64,000 nt of DNA from Macrostomum lignano (lineage: Eukaryota), in the NCBI GenBank assembly GCA_002269645.1, contig NIVC01000987.1, forward strand, positions 46,406-110,405, given 5' to 3'. Position numbers and translations under genes: made by a program. Below are positions 47,987 through 59,500 of this stretch, one piece after another (position 1 is the stretch's first letter; each line of letters begins with the position of its first letter). The notes under the pieces were generated by a model. It was given only the letters and a program-made list of their open reading frames with translations, made no database searches and was not told the origin of the DNA.

Positions 47987-49651
47987 TTAGGGTGCACTGA
48001 ACACCTGCAGTCTCATGTAACAGTCAGCCACCACCAGCTGCTCGCGCGGACCTCCCGTCACCAACGCGAGACCCAATGGACCAATGAATCTGCCGTCTCC
48101 GCTGCCGCTCTCGCCCGGAGTCCCCAGAGTCCACATTGGCGACCCGTCGTCTGCAGCCACCGCTCGCACTGAGGGACCCCATTTTTCACTCATGAACATG
48201 CGGCCTCTGCTGTCGACGGCCACATCCATTGGACCAGCAAACTGTTGGAGGCCGGAACGCTGAATCGGGAAGGAGGCGACCAGCTGCTGGGTGTCGATGC
48301 GCACTCTGTGCACCTGCTTATGCTCCCTGTCGATCACCAGAATGCAGTTTTCGTGAGTCGCCAGGTTGCCCAGTGCAGCATGAGGAAGCTGAGACAGCGT
48401 GATGACCGTCTCCATCTGCCAAGTCGCTTTGCTGAATGCAGCAATTTTGTTTCCACTGGACACAAACACGGAGGCTGCGTTGCCACCGATTCCCCAGATA
48501 CCACAGAAACCCCGAATTTGTGGGCGGAGTCGACGAACCGCGCAGCCGCTCAGGTCCGTCACTGTCACTGCGTCGCGCTGAGCAATGAACAGCAGCTGAC
48601 GGTCGCAGTGAAGGCCACGAATGTCCTTCTCCCAGTCGATGTCGCAGTGGCACCGCAGCTTCTGTGAGCCGTCCACAGAAAGCACCAGTAGATTGTCTCT
48701 GTGATAGAATGATGCAAGGATGCAGGGCTGAGGCAGAGCCTCGCTGCCGTCTCCCGCTGAATCGGCGGGAACCACACGGCCTGAGCGGTCACAAACGAAT
48801 CCGCTGGTGTCGCTGCACACAGCCAGCCATTTAACATTGCCATCCAGCTTCACCTCGTGACTGAAGACCATCGGATCGAACAGCAGTCTCTTTCTCTCAG
48901 CAGCGGCTATGTCCTCCGATGTCGCGGTCACCGCAGCATCTCTCGACCAGTCGCCCTCTTCACTGCGTCCCGCACAAATGCCGACCAGCCGCTCGAGCTG
49001 GCCCAGAAGCCGCAGCTGCAGCTCCTCATTGTCGCTCTGGTCTTTGAGCAGCCGCTCTGACCTCTCAAAGTCGGCCTCCAAGTCTCCAAGCGATTCGTGC
49101 ATGGACTGGACCAGGCGAAGCAGCTCCGCCATGTCGCCTGCAGCCTCCGCCGTGGCCACCTCCTGCTTGTAGCTGGAGACGTCCTCGAGGTCCCGCTCGC
49201 ACACACGCACTGCCTCAAGCACACCTGAGAGCTGGCCCGTCACCCTGCTACGAAACGAGTCGATGTGTTGCTGTACCAAATCGAATTTGTGATTGACCTC
49301 TTGCAGCTGCTGTTGGATGTCGAGAGCGAGACGACGCAGCGACTCAGCGTCTTGTTTTGGTCGCAGCAGCGCTGCACGGCCAGCTGCACCTGCTGCGCCT
49401 TGTGACTCTTGTGAGTCTTGTGACTCTTGTGGCTCTTGTGGCTCTTGTGAGTAGGCACGCAGCAGCTCTTCGACCTCCTCCTTGAGCTTGAATAGATTGG
49501 CCACATCGACACTGAGGTGTTGACTGCACATGTGGCAGCGGGAGAACGGAGCCACACCGACTGCAGCTTGGTCGCAGATGATGCAGAGAGGAGTTGGGGT
49601 AGCGGGAGGCGCGTCCGAACTCGAGCTGTCGCTGGAGTGTCCAAGGCTCAT
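47987..49651 (-). CDS. Zinc-finger (B-box-like)/coiled-coil/NHL-repeat protein, TRIM-like, 554 aa; paralog of 41130-42785
   Basis: Intact ORF co-linear with the 41130 copy. Upstream acceptor CATCACAG and donor GTAAGT near 49990 flank a purine-repeat 5'UTR intron. Confidence 0.85.
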   Translation of the reverse strand: MSLGHSSDSSSSDAPPATPTPLCIICDQAAVGVAPFSRCHMCSQHLSVDVANLFKLKEEVEELLRAYSQEPQEPQESQDSQESQGAAGAAGRAALLRPKQDAESLRRLALDIQQQLQEVNHKFDLVQQHIDSFRSRVTGQLSGVLEAVRVCERDLEDVSSYKQEVATAEAAGDMAELLRLVQSMHESLGDLEADFERSERLLKDQSDNEELQLRLLGQLERLVGICAGRSEEGDWSRDAAVTATSEDIAAAERKRLLFDPMVFSHEVKLDGNVKWLAVCSDTSGFVCDRSGRVVPADSAGDGSEALPQPCILASFYHRDNLLVLSVDGSQKLRCHCDIDWEKDIRGLHCDRQLLFIAQRDAVTVTDLSGCAVRRLRPQIRGFCGIWGIGGNAASVFVSSGNKIAAFSKATWQMETVITLSQLPHAALGNLATHENCILVIDREHKQVHRVRIDTQQLVASFPIQRSGLQQFAGPMDVAVDSRGRMFMSEKWGPSVRAVAADDGSPMWTLGTPGESGSGDGRFIGPLGLALVTGGPREQLVVADCYMRLQVFSAP

Positions 49652-49719
49652 TGTTGGATAGTCTGTGATGAGCAGAAATGCAGAAGTTAAAACTCAACGC
49701 AGTGAGAGAAAGATTAAGA

Positions 49720-49965
49720 GAAGGGGAAGAGACGGGGAAGAGAGGTTCAAGAGAGGGAGAAGAGAGGGGGAAGAGAGGGGGAAGAGAGGGGGAAGAGAGG
49801 GGAAGAGAGGGTGAAGAAAGGTTTAAGAGAGGGGGAAGAGAGGGGGAAGAGAGGGGGAAGAGAGGGGGAAGAGAGGGGGAAGAGAGGGAGACGAGAGGGG
49901 GAAGAGAGGGGGAAGAGAGGGGGAAGAGAGGGGGAAGAGAGGGGGAAGAGAGGGGGAAGAGAGGC
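49720..49965. repeat. GGGGGAAGAGA purine repeat in the NHL 5'UTR intron
   Basis: Direct inspection. Confidence 0.9.
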
Positions 49966-50669
49966 AGTTCAGTTGAAGCCAAAACTTACTGATTGTGGAT
50001 TTCCATCTAGAGAGCTGCCCAGCCCAGTGCTGCAGTGCCAGTGACTGACAGGCGGCCCACACGAGCTGCCTTCATAGCACAGGCACTCACTCACTTAAGA
50101 GTCAGAGACCTCTAAAAGTGGAGACCTGGTTTGACCTTGCAATGTCCCAGTCAATAAAAGAAAAGGAGCTGAAGACAGGCAGGTCAGAAAAGTTTTGTAA
50201 AAATATAAATAACTGGAAATTATTGCGATGAAAATTAGCGGTACGAGCGCTGACTGCATGTTTATTTGTTACTAAGAATTTAATTATGATTATTAAATTA
50301 ATTCGTAAAGTGCAAAACACAAAAGTACAAAAATAAATTGAATTTAGGTTTAAAATGTTTAAATATTTTGCAAAAATGCCCTTAAAGCAGAAATTGATAA
50401 TAGAGTAAATTGCAAAAGCAGACAAATGCGGTTACCATAGCAACAACAGTAATTGTAGCACCATATGGTAGCCGGAGTTGCAGAGCGGCTTTAATGGATC
50501 AAACAGTTGACAGTGCAAAATAAAACTGGTTGGAAATGCAGTGCAGAGTCAGTTGATTATCATAATTAAATAAGCATAAATTATTGCATGGATAAACAGG
50601 AGCATGCAAGACTGCACTACTCAACTGGTTTGAGTAGTAGAGATGAAATGAAACAGCTGAGATTGATTG

Positions 50670-51110
50670 AGACAGATTGAGAGTGAGATATGGAGTGAGA
50701 GTCACACAGATTGAGAGTGAGAGTCACACAAATTGAGAGTGAGATATGGAGTGAGAGTCACACAGATTGAGAGTGAGAGTCACACAGATTGAGAGTGAGA
50801 GTCACACAAATTGAGAGTGAGATATGGAGTGAGAGTCACACAGATTGAGAGTGAGAGTCACACAGATTGAGAGTGAGAGTCACACAGATTGAGAGTGAGA
50901 TATGGAGTGAGAGTCACACAGATTGAGAGCGAGAGTCACACAGATTGAGAGTGAGATATGGAGTGAGAGTCACACAGATTGAGAGTGAGATATGGAGTGA
51001 GAGTCACACAGATTGAGAGTGAGATATGGAGTGAGAGTCACACAGATTGAGTGAGATGTGGAGTGAGAGTCACACAGATTGAGTGAGATATATGGAGTGA
51101 GAGTCAGTGA
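50670..51110. repeat. GAGAGTCACACAGATT / GAGTGAGATATG composite minisatellite downstream of RRM2
   Basis: Direct inspection. Confidence 0.92.
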
Positions 51111-51184
51111 AGCAGGCAGCTCAGCCCTAACGACAGCAGACTTCAGCCTGTGGATGCCCAGAGTCCCCCAGAAGTGCCCAGGCC

Positions 51185-52303
51185 TCAGAAGTCGGCATCG
51201 AGCTTGAACTCGCGGTCATTCTGGCCCATGACGCGGCTCATCACTCCGGCCTTCTGGTACTCGCCCACCCGCTTCTCAAAGAAGTTCGTCTTGCCCTCCA
51301 GGCTGATGTTCTCCATGAAGTCGAAGGGATTCTCAGAGTTGAAGGCCTTGGGGCAGCTCAGCTCAGTGAGCAGCCTGTCAGCCACGAACTCGATGTAGCG
51401 GCACATGGAGGCGCAGTTCATGCCGATGAGGGACACCGGCAAAGCCTCCGTCAGGAAGCTCTGCTCGATGCGCACCGCGTCACGGATGATCTCCTCGATG
51501 CGCTGACTGCTTGGCGGCCGCTGAAGGTGGCGGAACATCAGGCAGGCAAAGTCAGTGTGGAGGCCTTCGTCGCGGCTGATGAGCTCGTTGCTGAAGGTCA
51601 GGCCTGGCATGAGGCCGCGCTTCTTCAGCCAGAAGACGGCGGCGAAGCTGCCGCTGAAAAAGATGCCCTCAACGGCTGCGAAGGCCACCACGCGCTCGCC
51701 GAAGGTGGCCCGCTTGTGGGAGATCCAGTTGAGCGCCCAGTCTGCCTTCTGACGCACCGGCGGCAGCGTCTCGATGGCGTTGAACAGCAGGTCGCGCTGG
51801 GCCGGGTCCCGCACGTAGCTGTCAATCAGCAGCGAGTACATCTCCGAGTGGATGTTCTCAATCATGATCTGGAAGCCGTAGAAGCACCTGGCCTCCGGGA
51901 TCTGCACCTCCTGGGCGAATCGCTCCACCAGGTTCTCGTTCACGATGCCGTCAGAGGCAGCGAAGAAGGCCAGCACGTACGAGACAAAGTGCCTCTCGTT
52001 GTCTGTGAGCTGCTTCCAGTCCTCCAGGTCCTTGCTGAGGTCCACCTCCTCCACTGTCCAGAAGCTGGCCACCGCCTTCTTGTACATCTGCCAGATGTCG
52101 TGGTACTGGATGGGCATGATCACGAAGCGGTGCGGGTTCTCCTTCAGCAGCGGCTCCGAGGCCTCCGCTGTCTTCAGCTCCTGCTGCTGCAGCTCCGGCT
52201 GCTTGGCGTTGAGCTGCTTCAGCGGGCTCAGCAGCTGCTGGGAGGCGTCCTGCGCCTGCGGCGGCTGCGAAGGCGGCACGTTCTCGGTGGCGACTGAGTC
52301 CAT
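51185..52303 (-). CDS. RRM2: Ribonucleoside-diphosphate reductase small subunit (372 aa from the Kozak ATG), no coding introns
   Basis: [24 protein letters not shown] (radical Tyr), [27 protein letters not shown]-terminal FKLDADF. GCCATGG context at 52303. Confidence 0.97.
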   Translation of the reverse strand: MDSVATENVPPSQPPQAQDASQQLLSPLKQLNAKQPELQQQELKTAEASEPLLKENPHRFVIMPIQYHDIWQMYKKAVASFWTVEEVDLSKDLEDWKQLTDNERHFVSYVLAFFAASDGIVNENLVERFAQEVQIPEARCFYGFQIMIENIHSEMYSLLIDSYVRDPAQRDLLFNAIETLPPVRQKADWALNWISHKRATFGERVVAFAAVEGIFFSGSFAAVFWLKKRGLMPGLTFSNELISRDEGLHTDFACLMFRHLQRPPSSQRIEEIIRDAVRIEQSFLTEALPVSLIGMNCASMCRYIEFVADRLLTELSCPKAFNSENPFDFMENISLEGKTNFFEKRVGEYQKAGVMSRVMGQNDREFKLDADF

Positions 52304-52377
52304 GGCGACTGGCTGGCGAGGTGCTTGGAGCAGCAATGATGCGCGAGCCAGCTGCTTTGATGCTGGGCTGATTGCTG

Positions 52378-52775
52378 TGACCCACAACTGGCTTTCAGTG
52401 ACCCCAACTGGCTTTCAGTGACCAAACAGCAGGCTTTCAGTGACCTACAACAAACTTTCAGTGACACACAACTGGCTTTCAGTGACCCAACTGGCTTTCA
52501 GTGACCAAACAACAGGCTTTCAGTGACCCCAACTGGCTTTCAGTGACCCAACTGGCTTTCAGTGACCCAAAACTGGCTTTCAGTGACCCCAATTGGCTTT
52601 CAATGACCCCAACTGGCTTTCAGTGACCCACAACTGGCTTTCAATGACCCCAACTGGCTTTCAGTGACCAAACAACAGGCTTTCAGTGACCTACAACAAA
52701 CTTTCAGTGACACACAACTGGCTTTCAGTGACCCACAACTGGCTTTCAGTGATTCCAACTAACCTTTAGTGACCC
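52378..52775. repeat. 20-22-bp minisatellite (ACTGGCTTTCAGTGACCC) immediately upstream of RRM2
   Basis: Direct inspection. Confidence 0.92.
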
Positions 52776-53145
52776 GATCGTAAAATAATATTTAAGATTT
52801 AAACAGTGGTTAATCAATAATATTGCAAGCACATTATTCGCCTAATAATATTATATTAATGTGTCCTAAGTTCCTTGAAGTAACCATATAAAAGTAGAAT
52901 AAAACTAAAAATGTTGTCAAGCTTGGTTGTGAATCAAATTTTCATAAAACTATTATACAGTATTACACAATTATTGTAATTAACATAAAATTATAACAAT
53001 ACATGGCAAAGAAAAAGCGTAACTTAACAAAAATTTTATAAAACAGGTAATTATGGAATTATTAGAGGAGACATCAATTATAGCAAGTTATGAAAGCTGA
53101 TGCACAGGCAGGTGCAAATTGAAGGTGACAGTTCTTGACTGACCT

Positions 53146-53555
53146 GTCAATCAAAGAGACACATGAAAAGTACAAAGCTACAAGCCGTCAATCAAAGAGA
53201 CACATGAAAAGTACAAAGCTACAAGCTGTCAATCAAAGAGACACATGAAAAGTACAAAGCTACAAGCCGTCAATCAAAGAGACACATGAAAAGTACAAAG
53301 CTACAAGCCGTCAATCAAAGAGACACATGAAAAGTACAAAGCTACAAGCTGTCAATCAAAGAGACACATGAAAAGTACAAAGCTACAAGCTGTCAATCAA
53401 AGAGACACATGAAAAGTACAAAGCTACAAGCCGTCAATCAAAGAGACACATGAAAAGTACAAAGCTACAAGCCGTCAATCAAAGAGACACATGAAAAGTA
53501 CAAAGCTACAAGCCGTCAATCAAAGAGACACATGAAAAGTACAAGGCTGTCAATC
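53146..53555. repeat. 41-bp minisatellite between SETDB1 and RRM2
   Basis: About 10 copies of GTCAATCAAAGAGACACATGAAAAGTACAAAGCTACAAGCC. Confidence 0.95.
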
Positions 53556-53580
53556 AGGCAAAAGCAGAAACGCTCTTTTC

Positions 53581-56500
53581 CTAAAGCAATCTGCCTCGAC
53601 AGTCCCTGGCCCGACAGAAGCAGCGCAGAGTTTTCCCTGGCACGCTGCCAACCTGATAATTATAATCCCAGCAGAGCTCTTCGCCAGCTCTCACTCGCTT
53701 ACAGGTGAAGAAAGCAATCTCGGGAAATCTGGGGTCGTGCGTGTTGACGAATACGTTCTGTACGATGACGTTCGGAGCGCAGGAGTGGTTGAGATAGCGG
53801 CCCAGATTCCCGATTCGCTTGGCGTCCATGATGTAGGGCTGCGCCTCGCCTAGCAACGCCCTGAGACAGGCGGCTGGCCCGCCAGCTTCAAGGACGTCGT
53901 CGTCTTCGGCTTCGTCCATTTGATCGGCGTTGGCGATGGAGAGAGGCTGGGAGCTGATGGGCGGAGTAGGGGGGTGGTTAGGAAGCTGAGAAGCGAGAAA
54001 AGAGATAAGATTTTGAGATTGAAAATAAAATCTGTGAAATTGGAGATGAGATCTGTGAGATTGGGGATGAGATCTGCGAGATAGGAGATGAGAACTGTGA
54101 GATAGATAAGAACTGAGATTGGAGATGGGATCTGCGAGATAAGAGATGATAACTGTGAGATAGATAAGAACTGAGATTAGAGATGGGATCTGTGAGATAG
54201 GATATGAGAACTGTGAGATAAGAGATAAGAACTGAGATAGATGAGGACTGAGAGTTAAGAGATGCACACTGTGAGTTTGGAGATCAGAACTGTGAGATAG
54301 GAGATGAGATCTGTGAGATTGGGGATGAGATCTGTGAGATAGGAGATGAAATCTGTAAAATAAGAGATGAGAACTGTGAGATAGATGAGAACTGAGATAA
54401 GAGATGCGAACTGTGAGATAAGAGATGATAACTGTGAGATTGGAGATGAGAACTGAGATTGGGGATGAGATCAGTGAGATAGGAAATGAGAACTGTGAGA
54501 TAGAAGATGAAAACTGTGAGATTGAACAGAAATTGAAATTCAATATCAAAAGCGCTCTCCAATCTCACCATGGAGACTCAGCCGCAGCGGCGGTAGCAGC
54601 GATGGCCCCAGCATCTTCGTCATCATACATTGAGCAATGATCCTGAGCATTCTGTTGACTAAAGCATCCGCTGCCAGCCTTTGGCACTGTGCTGCAGCCG
54701 CCAGACTCAGCAGCACCGATTGCCTCATCATCCAATCGGCTTCGCTTCGGGTTGGCGGATGCACCAGCGCTACTACTGTTAGTAGCAGCATTAGCAGTCG
54801 TATTAGCCGACTTTTTATTTAATAACCTGCGCTTCCTACGAGAATCGCCGCAATAATCTTCATCGTTTGCGTCGTCGTTGTCAATCTCTTCTTCTTCTTC
54901 TGTTGTTTCCGCTTCTTCTGGCTCTTCTGCTTCTGCCGTTGGTTCCTCATCGGCGTCTTCATTGTCTCCATTGTCGTTAGTTAGCGAAGATTGCGATTGC
55001 GATTTTCTTAGCCAACTCTTTTGCTTCTGCTGCTGTTGATGGGGCTCGATAGCTTGAGCCTCGTAGCCGAATTTCTCCTGCTCCATGACCTCCAGATGAT
55101 CCAGGTCCGCTTGGTACTCATCCCCGAACTGGTCGCAGTACTGCACTGCCAGCTCTTCGCTGTACAGCTCCCCGGCGTACACGCAGACAAAAGCGCCTTT
55201 TGGCAAATCGTGCAAAGGTCTGAGGCCCCAGCCTTTTCGGCTGGTTTTGAAGATTTGCAGCCGGGAGTGAAGGCCGCGCTGTACCAGACGGTTGCGGCAC
55301 TGCCACTGGCGACAGCTGCAGCCGGAGTTGCACTCGTACACCCCGCCGATGAGGGCGCGGACGAGGCGCCCGTTCTCGTAGGCTGGACGGCTGTCTGTGC
55401 GGCCTGGGGTTGTGGGGGGAATTGGGGATCTTGGAGCTTTAGGGATTTGGAATTTGGAGATCTTGGCATTTTAGGGATTGGGATCTGGGGATCTTGGCAT
55501 TTTAAGGATTGGGATCTGGGGATTGGGATTTGACGATTGGGATTTGAGGATCGGGATTTGGAGATTGGAATTTAGTAATTGGGATTTGAAGATTCGGATT
55601 TGAGAATTGGGATTTGAAGATTGGGATTTGAGAATTGGGATTTGAGAATTGGGATTTGAAGATTGGGATTTGGGGACTGGGATTTGAAGATCGGGATTTG
55701 GGGATTGGGATTTGAAGTTTGGGATTTAAAGCTTGGGGATTTAGGAATTGAGATCTGGGGATTGGGAATGGGATTTGACCATTGGTATTTGGGGACTGGG
55801 ATTTGAAGATTGGGATTTGGGGATTGGGATTTGAAAATTGGGACTTAAATCAGATTGGGACTTCAAGATTGGGATTTGAAGATTGGAATTTCCGGGTTGA
55901 GACTTGGGAACCGGAATTTGGGGATCGGAATTTGAGGAAAACTGTTGAACTTCAGAATATTCAATATGATACTATAGACCTCACCAGTAACCGTGGCTGA
56001 TGCCTCAGCCGTGAGTCTCAAGCAGGCGCACTTGGTTCGGTCCCGACAGCCGTCGGTGCAGTCGCAGCACACCAGGAAGCCTTTATCAGCTTCGTTAGTG
56101 CACACATTTAGCAGTGGCATTCTCTGCGGTGTGTAGTCAATAAACGGCGGCTCGTCAGCGTCCAAACAGTTGACAGCGGGCACGGGGATTCTCTCTTTGC
56201 CGTAGCTCAGATCGGCCAGCTGGCGGCGTGCGCCCGTGGCTTGGAATTCCGTTGCTACCCGGATTAGCGGATCGAAGCAGAAATTCAGCGGATGCAATCG
56301 TGAGCTGGTCTGGCTCAGGATTCGGTCCAGTTCGACTGGATTGCGAATGCGCCTGCCGCACGGGGCTGCGTATTCGATCTGCGGATTGTTATTTAAAAGT
56401 ACAGAATAAGGTGAACGTGTACTTATAATAAAAATTCACACCGAATTACCATATCTGTTACCGCATCAAAAGTACACCATTGCACTTTTTAAGTACAAGA

Positions 56501-59500
56501 GTACACTTGTACTTTAAAAGATTCTATTTAATACCGCATCAAAAGTGCAATAGAAAAGTGCAGCTGTGCTATAAAAGTACATTTGCACTTGAAGAAAAAA
56601 CAATAATGCACTTATAGTAAAAACACTTTGAAAAAAGTACACAACCAGGGAAACTGAAAGTCCATCTTAGCGAGGGACAGGATATAGATTTGAGGACTGG
56701 GATCTAGAAATTGAAATTTGAGGATTAGAATTGGAAAACTCTGATTTAACAAATGGGATTTGGGAATCAGGATTTGTTGATCGAGAATCGAAAACTAGGA
56801 TTCTAGCGCACTATGGACGAGCGTAACTGTTTATTTGCTTTACAGGATCCTATTTATTACCGCATGAAAAGTACGTGTACTAAAAAAGTGAATTTGCACT
56901 TCAAGAACATGAGTAATAAAATAAAAGTACAACTGTACTATAAAAGTACATTTGCTCTTAAAAAACATAAACAATAAAATAAACGCACAAATGTACTATA
57001 AAAGTACATTTGCTCTTAAAGAACATAAACAAAAAATAAACGTACAAATGTACTATAAAATTACATTTGCTCTTAAAGAACATGAACAATAAAATAAAAG
57101 TACAAATGTATTGCAATACTATATACTGCACTTACCAGTTCCCTTCGACGAACTCGTCCAGGCCCACCAAGTTTCACAACAAATCGATGCCAACCCAGCA
57201 ACAGCGGCACGTCCAAAGGATTCCGATCGACCAGCTCCGTGCTAGCCAGTCGATTCTGCTCGGAGCTGTCGCCACCGACGCTACCGCCGCCGCTGTTCAG
57301 ACAGTTTACACCGCAGTCCACTCCGTGCTGATGCGGAAACGGTCTCAACTGACCCAGCGACTCAGAGTCAATCGAGGCTACCATAACCCCGGCTCTGGCC
57401 TCCTCGTAGCAGGCGTCCTCTTCGGCTGCTGCCGCTGCCGCGGCGGCTGCGTCAGGATCGGCATTTGTCAACGTGGCCGACTGTTTCTGATGCTGCTGAT
57501 GCTGATGCTTGTGTTGTCGACGAATTCCGCCCATGCTGGACTTTCGAGCAAATGCTTGGCGAATCGGCGTTGGCTGCTGCTGCTGCTGATTCTGATTTTG
57601 CTCACTAGCTGACTCTGCCGCCGCAGCTGCCGCTAACTCGGCCGCTCTTTCCCTAGCAACCATGGCTTTGTACAGATCCTCGAGCCGAGTGCTGCCGCGG
57701 TAGAGCCACTCCAGGCGGCCGCTGCGAGTGGAAAGCGGACTTGGACAAGACTGGCGTCTACGCGTTCAACGACTGCCGTTAGCCACTCGCCTGCGAGGGG
57801 GTGGTGTGGGAGAGACAGCTGGCTTTTGAGATATCTGCCTATCTACCGCACTATATACCTATCAATCGCACTATATACTCGTACCTATCAATCACACTAT
57901 ATACCTATCAATCGCACTATATACCTATCAATCACACTATATACCTATTAATCACACTATCTAACTATCAATCACACTATCTACCTATCAATCACACTAT
58001 ATACCTATCAATCACACTGTATACCTATTAATCACACTATCTACCTATCAATCACACTATCTACCTATCAATCACACTATATACCTATCAATCACACTAT
58101 ATACCTATTAATCACACTATCTACCTATCAATCACACTATATACCTATCTAACACACTATCTACCTATCAATCACACTATATACCTATCAATCACACTAT
58201 ATACCTATCAATCACACTATATACCTATCTATCACACTATATACCTATCTATCACACTATATACCTATCTAACACACTATATCCCTATCAATCACACTAT
58301 ATACCTATCAATCACACTATATACCTATCTAACACACTATATACCTATCAATCACACTATATACCTATCAATCACACTATATACCTATCTATCACACTAT
58401 ATACCTATCTATCACACTATATACCTATCTAACACACTATATACCTATCAATCACACTATATACCTATCAATAACACTATATACCTATCAATCACACTAT
58501 ATACCTATCTAACACACTATATACCTATCAATCACACTATATACCTATCAATCACACTATATACCTATCTAACACACTATATACCTATCAATCACACTAT
58601 ATACCTATCAATCACACTATATACCTATCAATCACACTATATACCTATCTATCACACTATATACCTATCTATCACACTATATACCTATCTAACACACTAT
58701 ATACCTATCAATCACACTATATACCTATCAATCACACTATATACCTATCAATCACACTACATACCTATCAATCACACTATATACCTATCAATCACACTAT
58801 ATACCTATCTAACACACTATATACCTATCTAACACACTATATCCCTATCAATCACACTATATACCTATTAATCACACTATCTACCTATCAATCACACTAT
58901 ATACCTATCTAACACACTATATACCTATCTAACACACTATATCCCTATCAATCACACTATCTACCTGCGTTTCACATAGCAACAACTCACCCCTCAGCTC
59001 AACTCGAATAGTGAGCCCAGGCCGCAGCCTCAGCATAGTCCTATTAGGAAACCGATCCAAATAAGCTCGGACAAAATCTTGCGAATCTTCGGCCACCTCG
59101 CGCCAATTCTGCGGAGTCTGCTGCAGCACGCGCCTGACATCGCTAGGCGGCACGTACTGCGCGTAGCCGTCGTCAAAGAACAGCAGATAACGGCGAGAGT
59201 TTCTCTCGCCCGGCGGCTCGGCTACGATAGCCGAATAATAAAACACTAAGCCGCGATCGTCAGTGTAAGAGGACACAACCCGAGCCCCGACAGGGTACTG
59301 CTCTAGCCTAGTCTCGGCAGTCTCGCTCAGAGCAACTTGACTTGGCTTCAATTGTTTAGTTGTTTTAGCGAAGCTAACCCGATAGAGCACCGTGCCGCCT
59401 GTGCCAGCAGCCGGCTCCAGTACGTCCGCTATGACAGCTTGGCGCCAGAGCTCTCGGTCGAATAGTGCGAATACTGGCTGGTTCTGCTGGGCCACTCTGA

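Noticed and set aside
51527-52297. 256-aa plus-strand ORF and similar overlapping ORFs (4681..5328, 23262..23660, 42105..42599, 57067..57612)
   Set aside because: Antisense or overlapping shadows of GC-rich coding sequence or SINE sequence, with no independent motifs.
51185-52303. Viral or bacterial horizontal origin of the intronless RRM2
   Set aside because: The N-terminal LSPLK motif and C-terminal LDADF are animal-like, and there are no flanking viral genes; not excluded without phylogeny.
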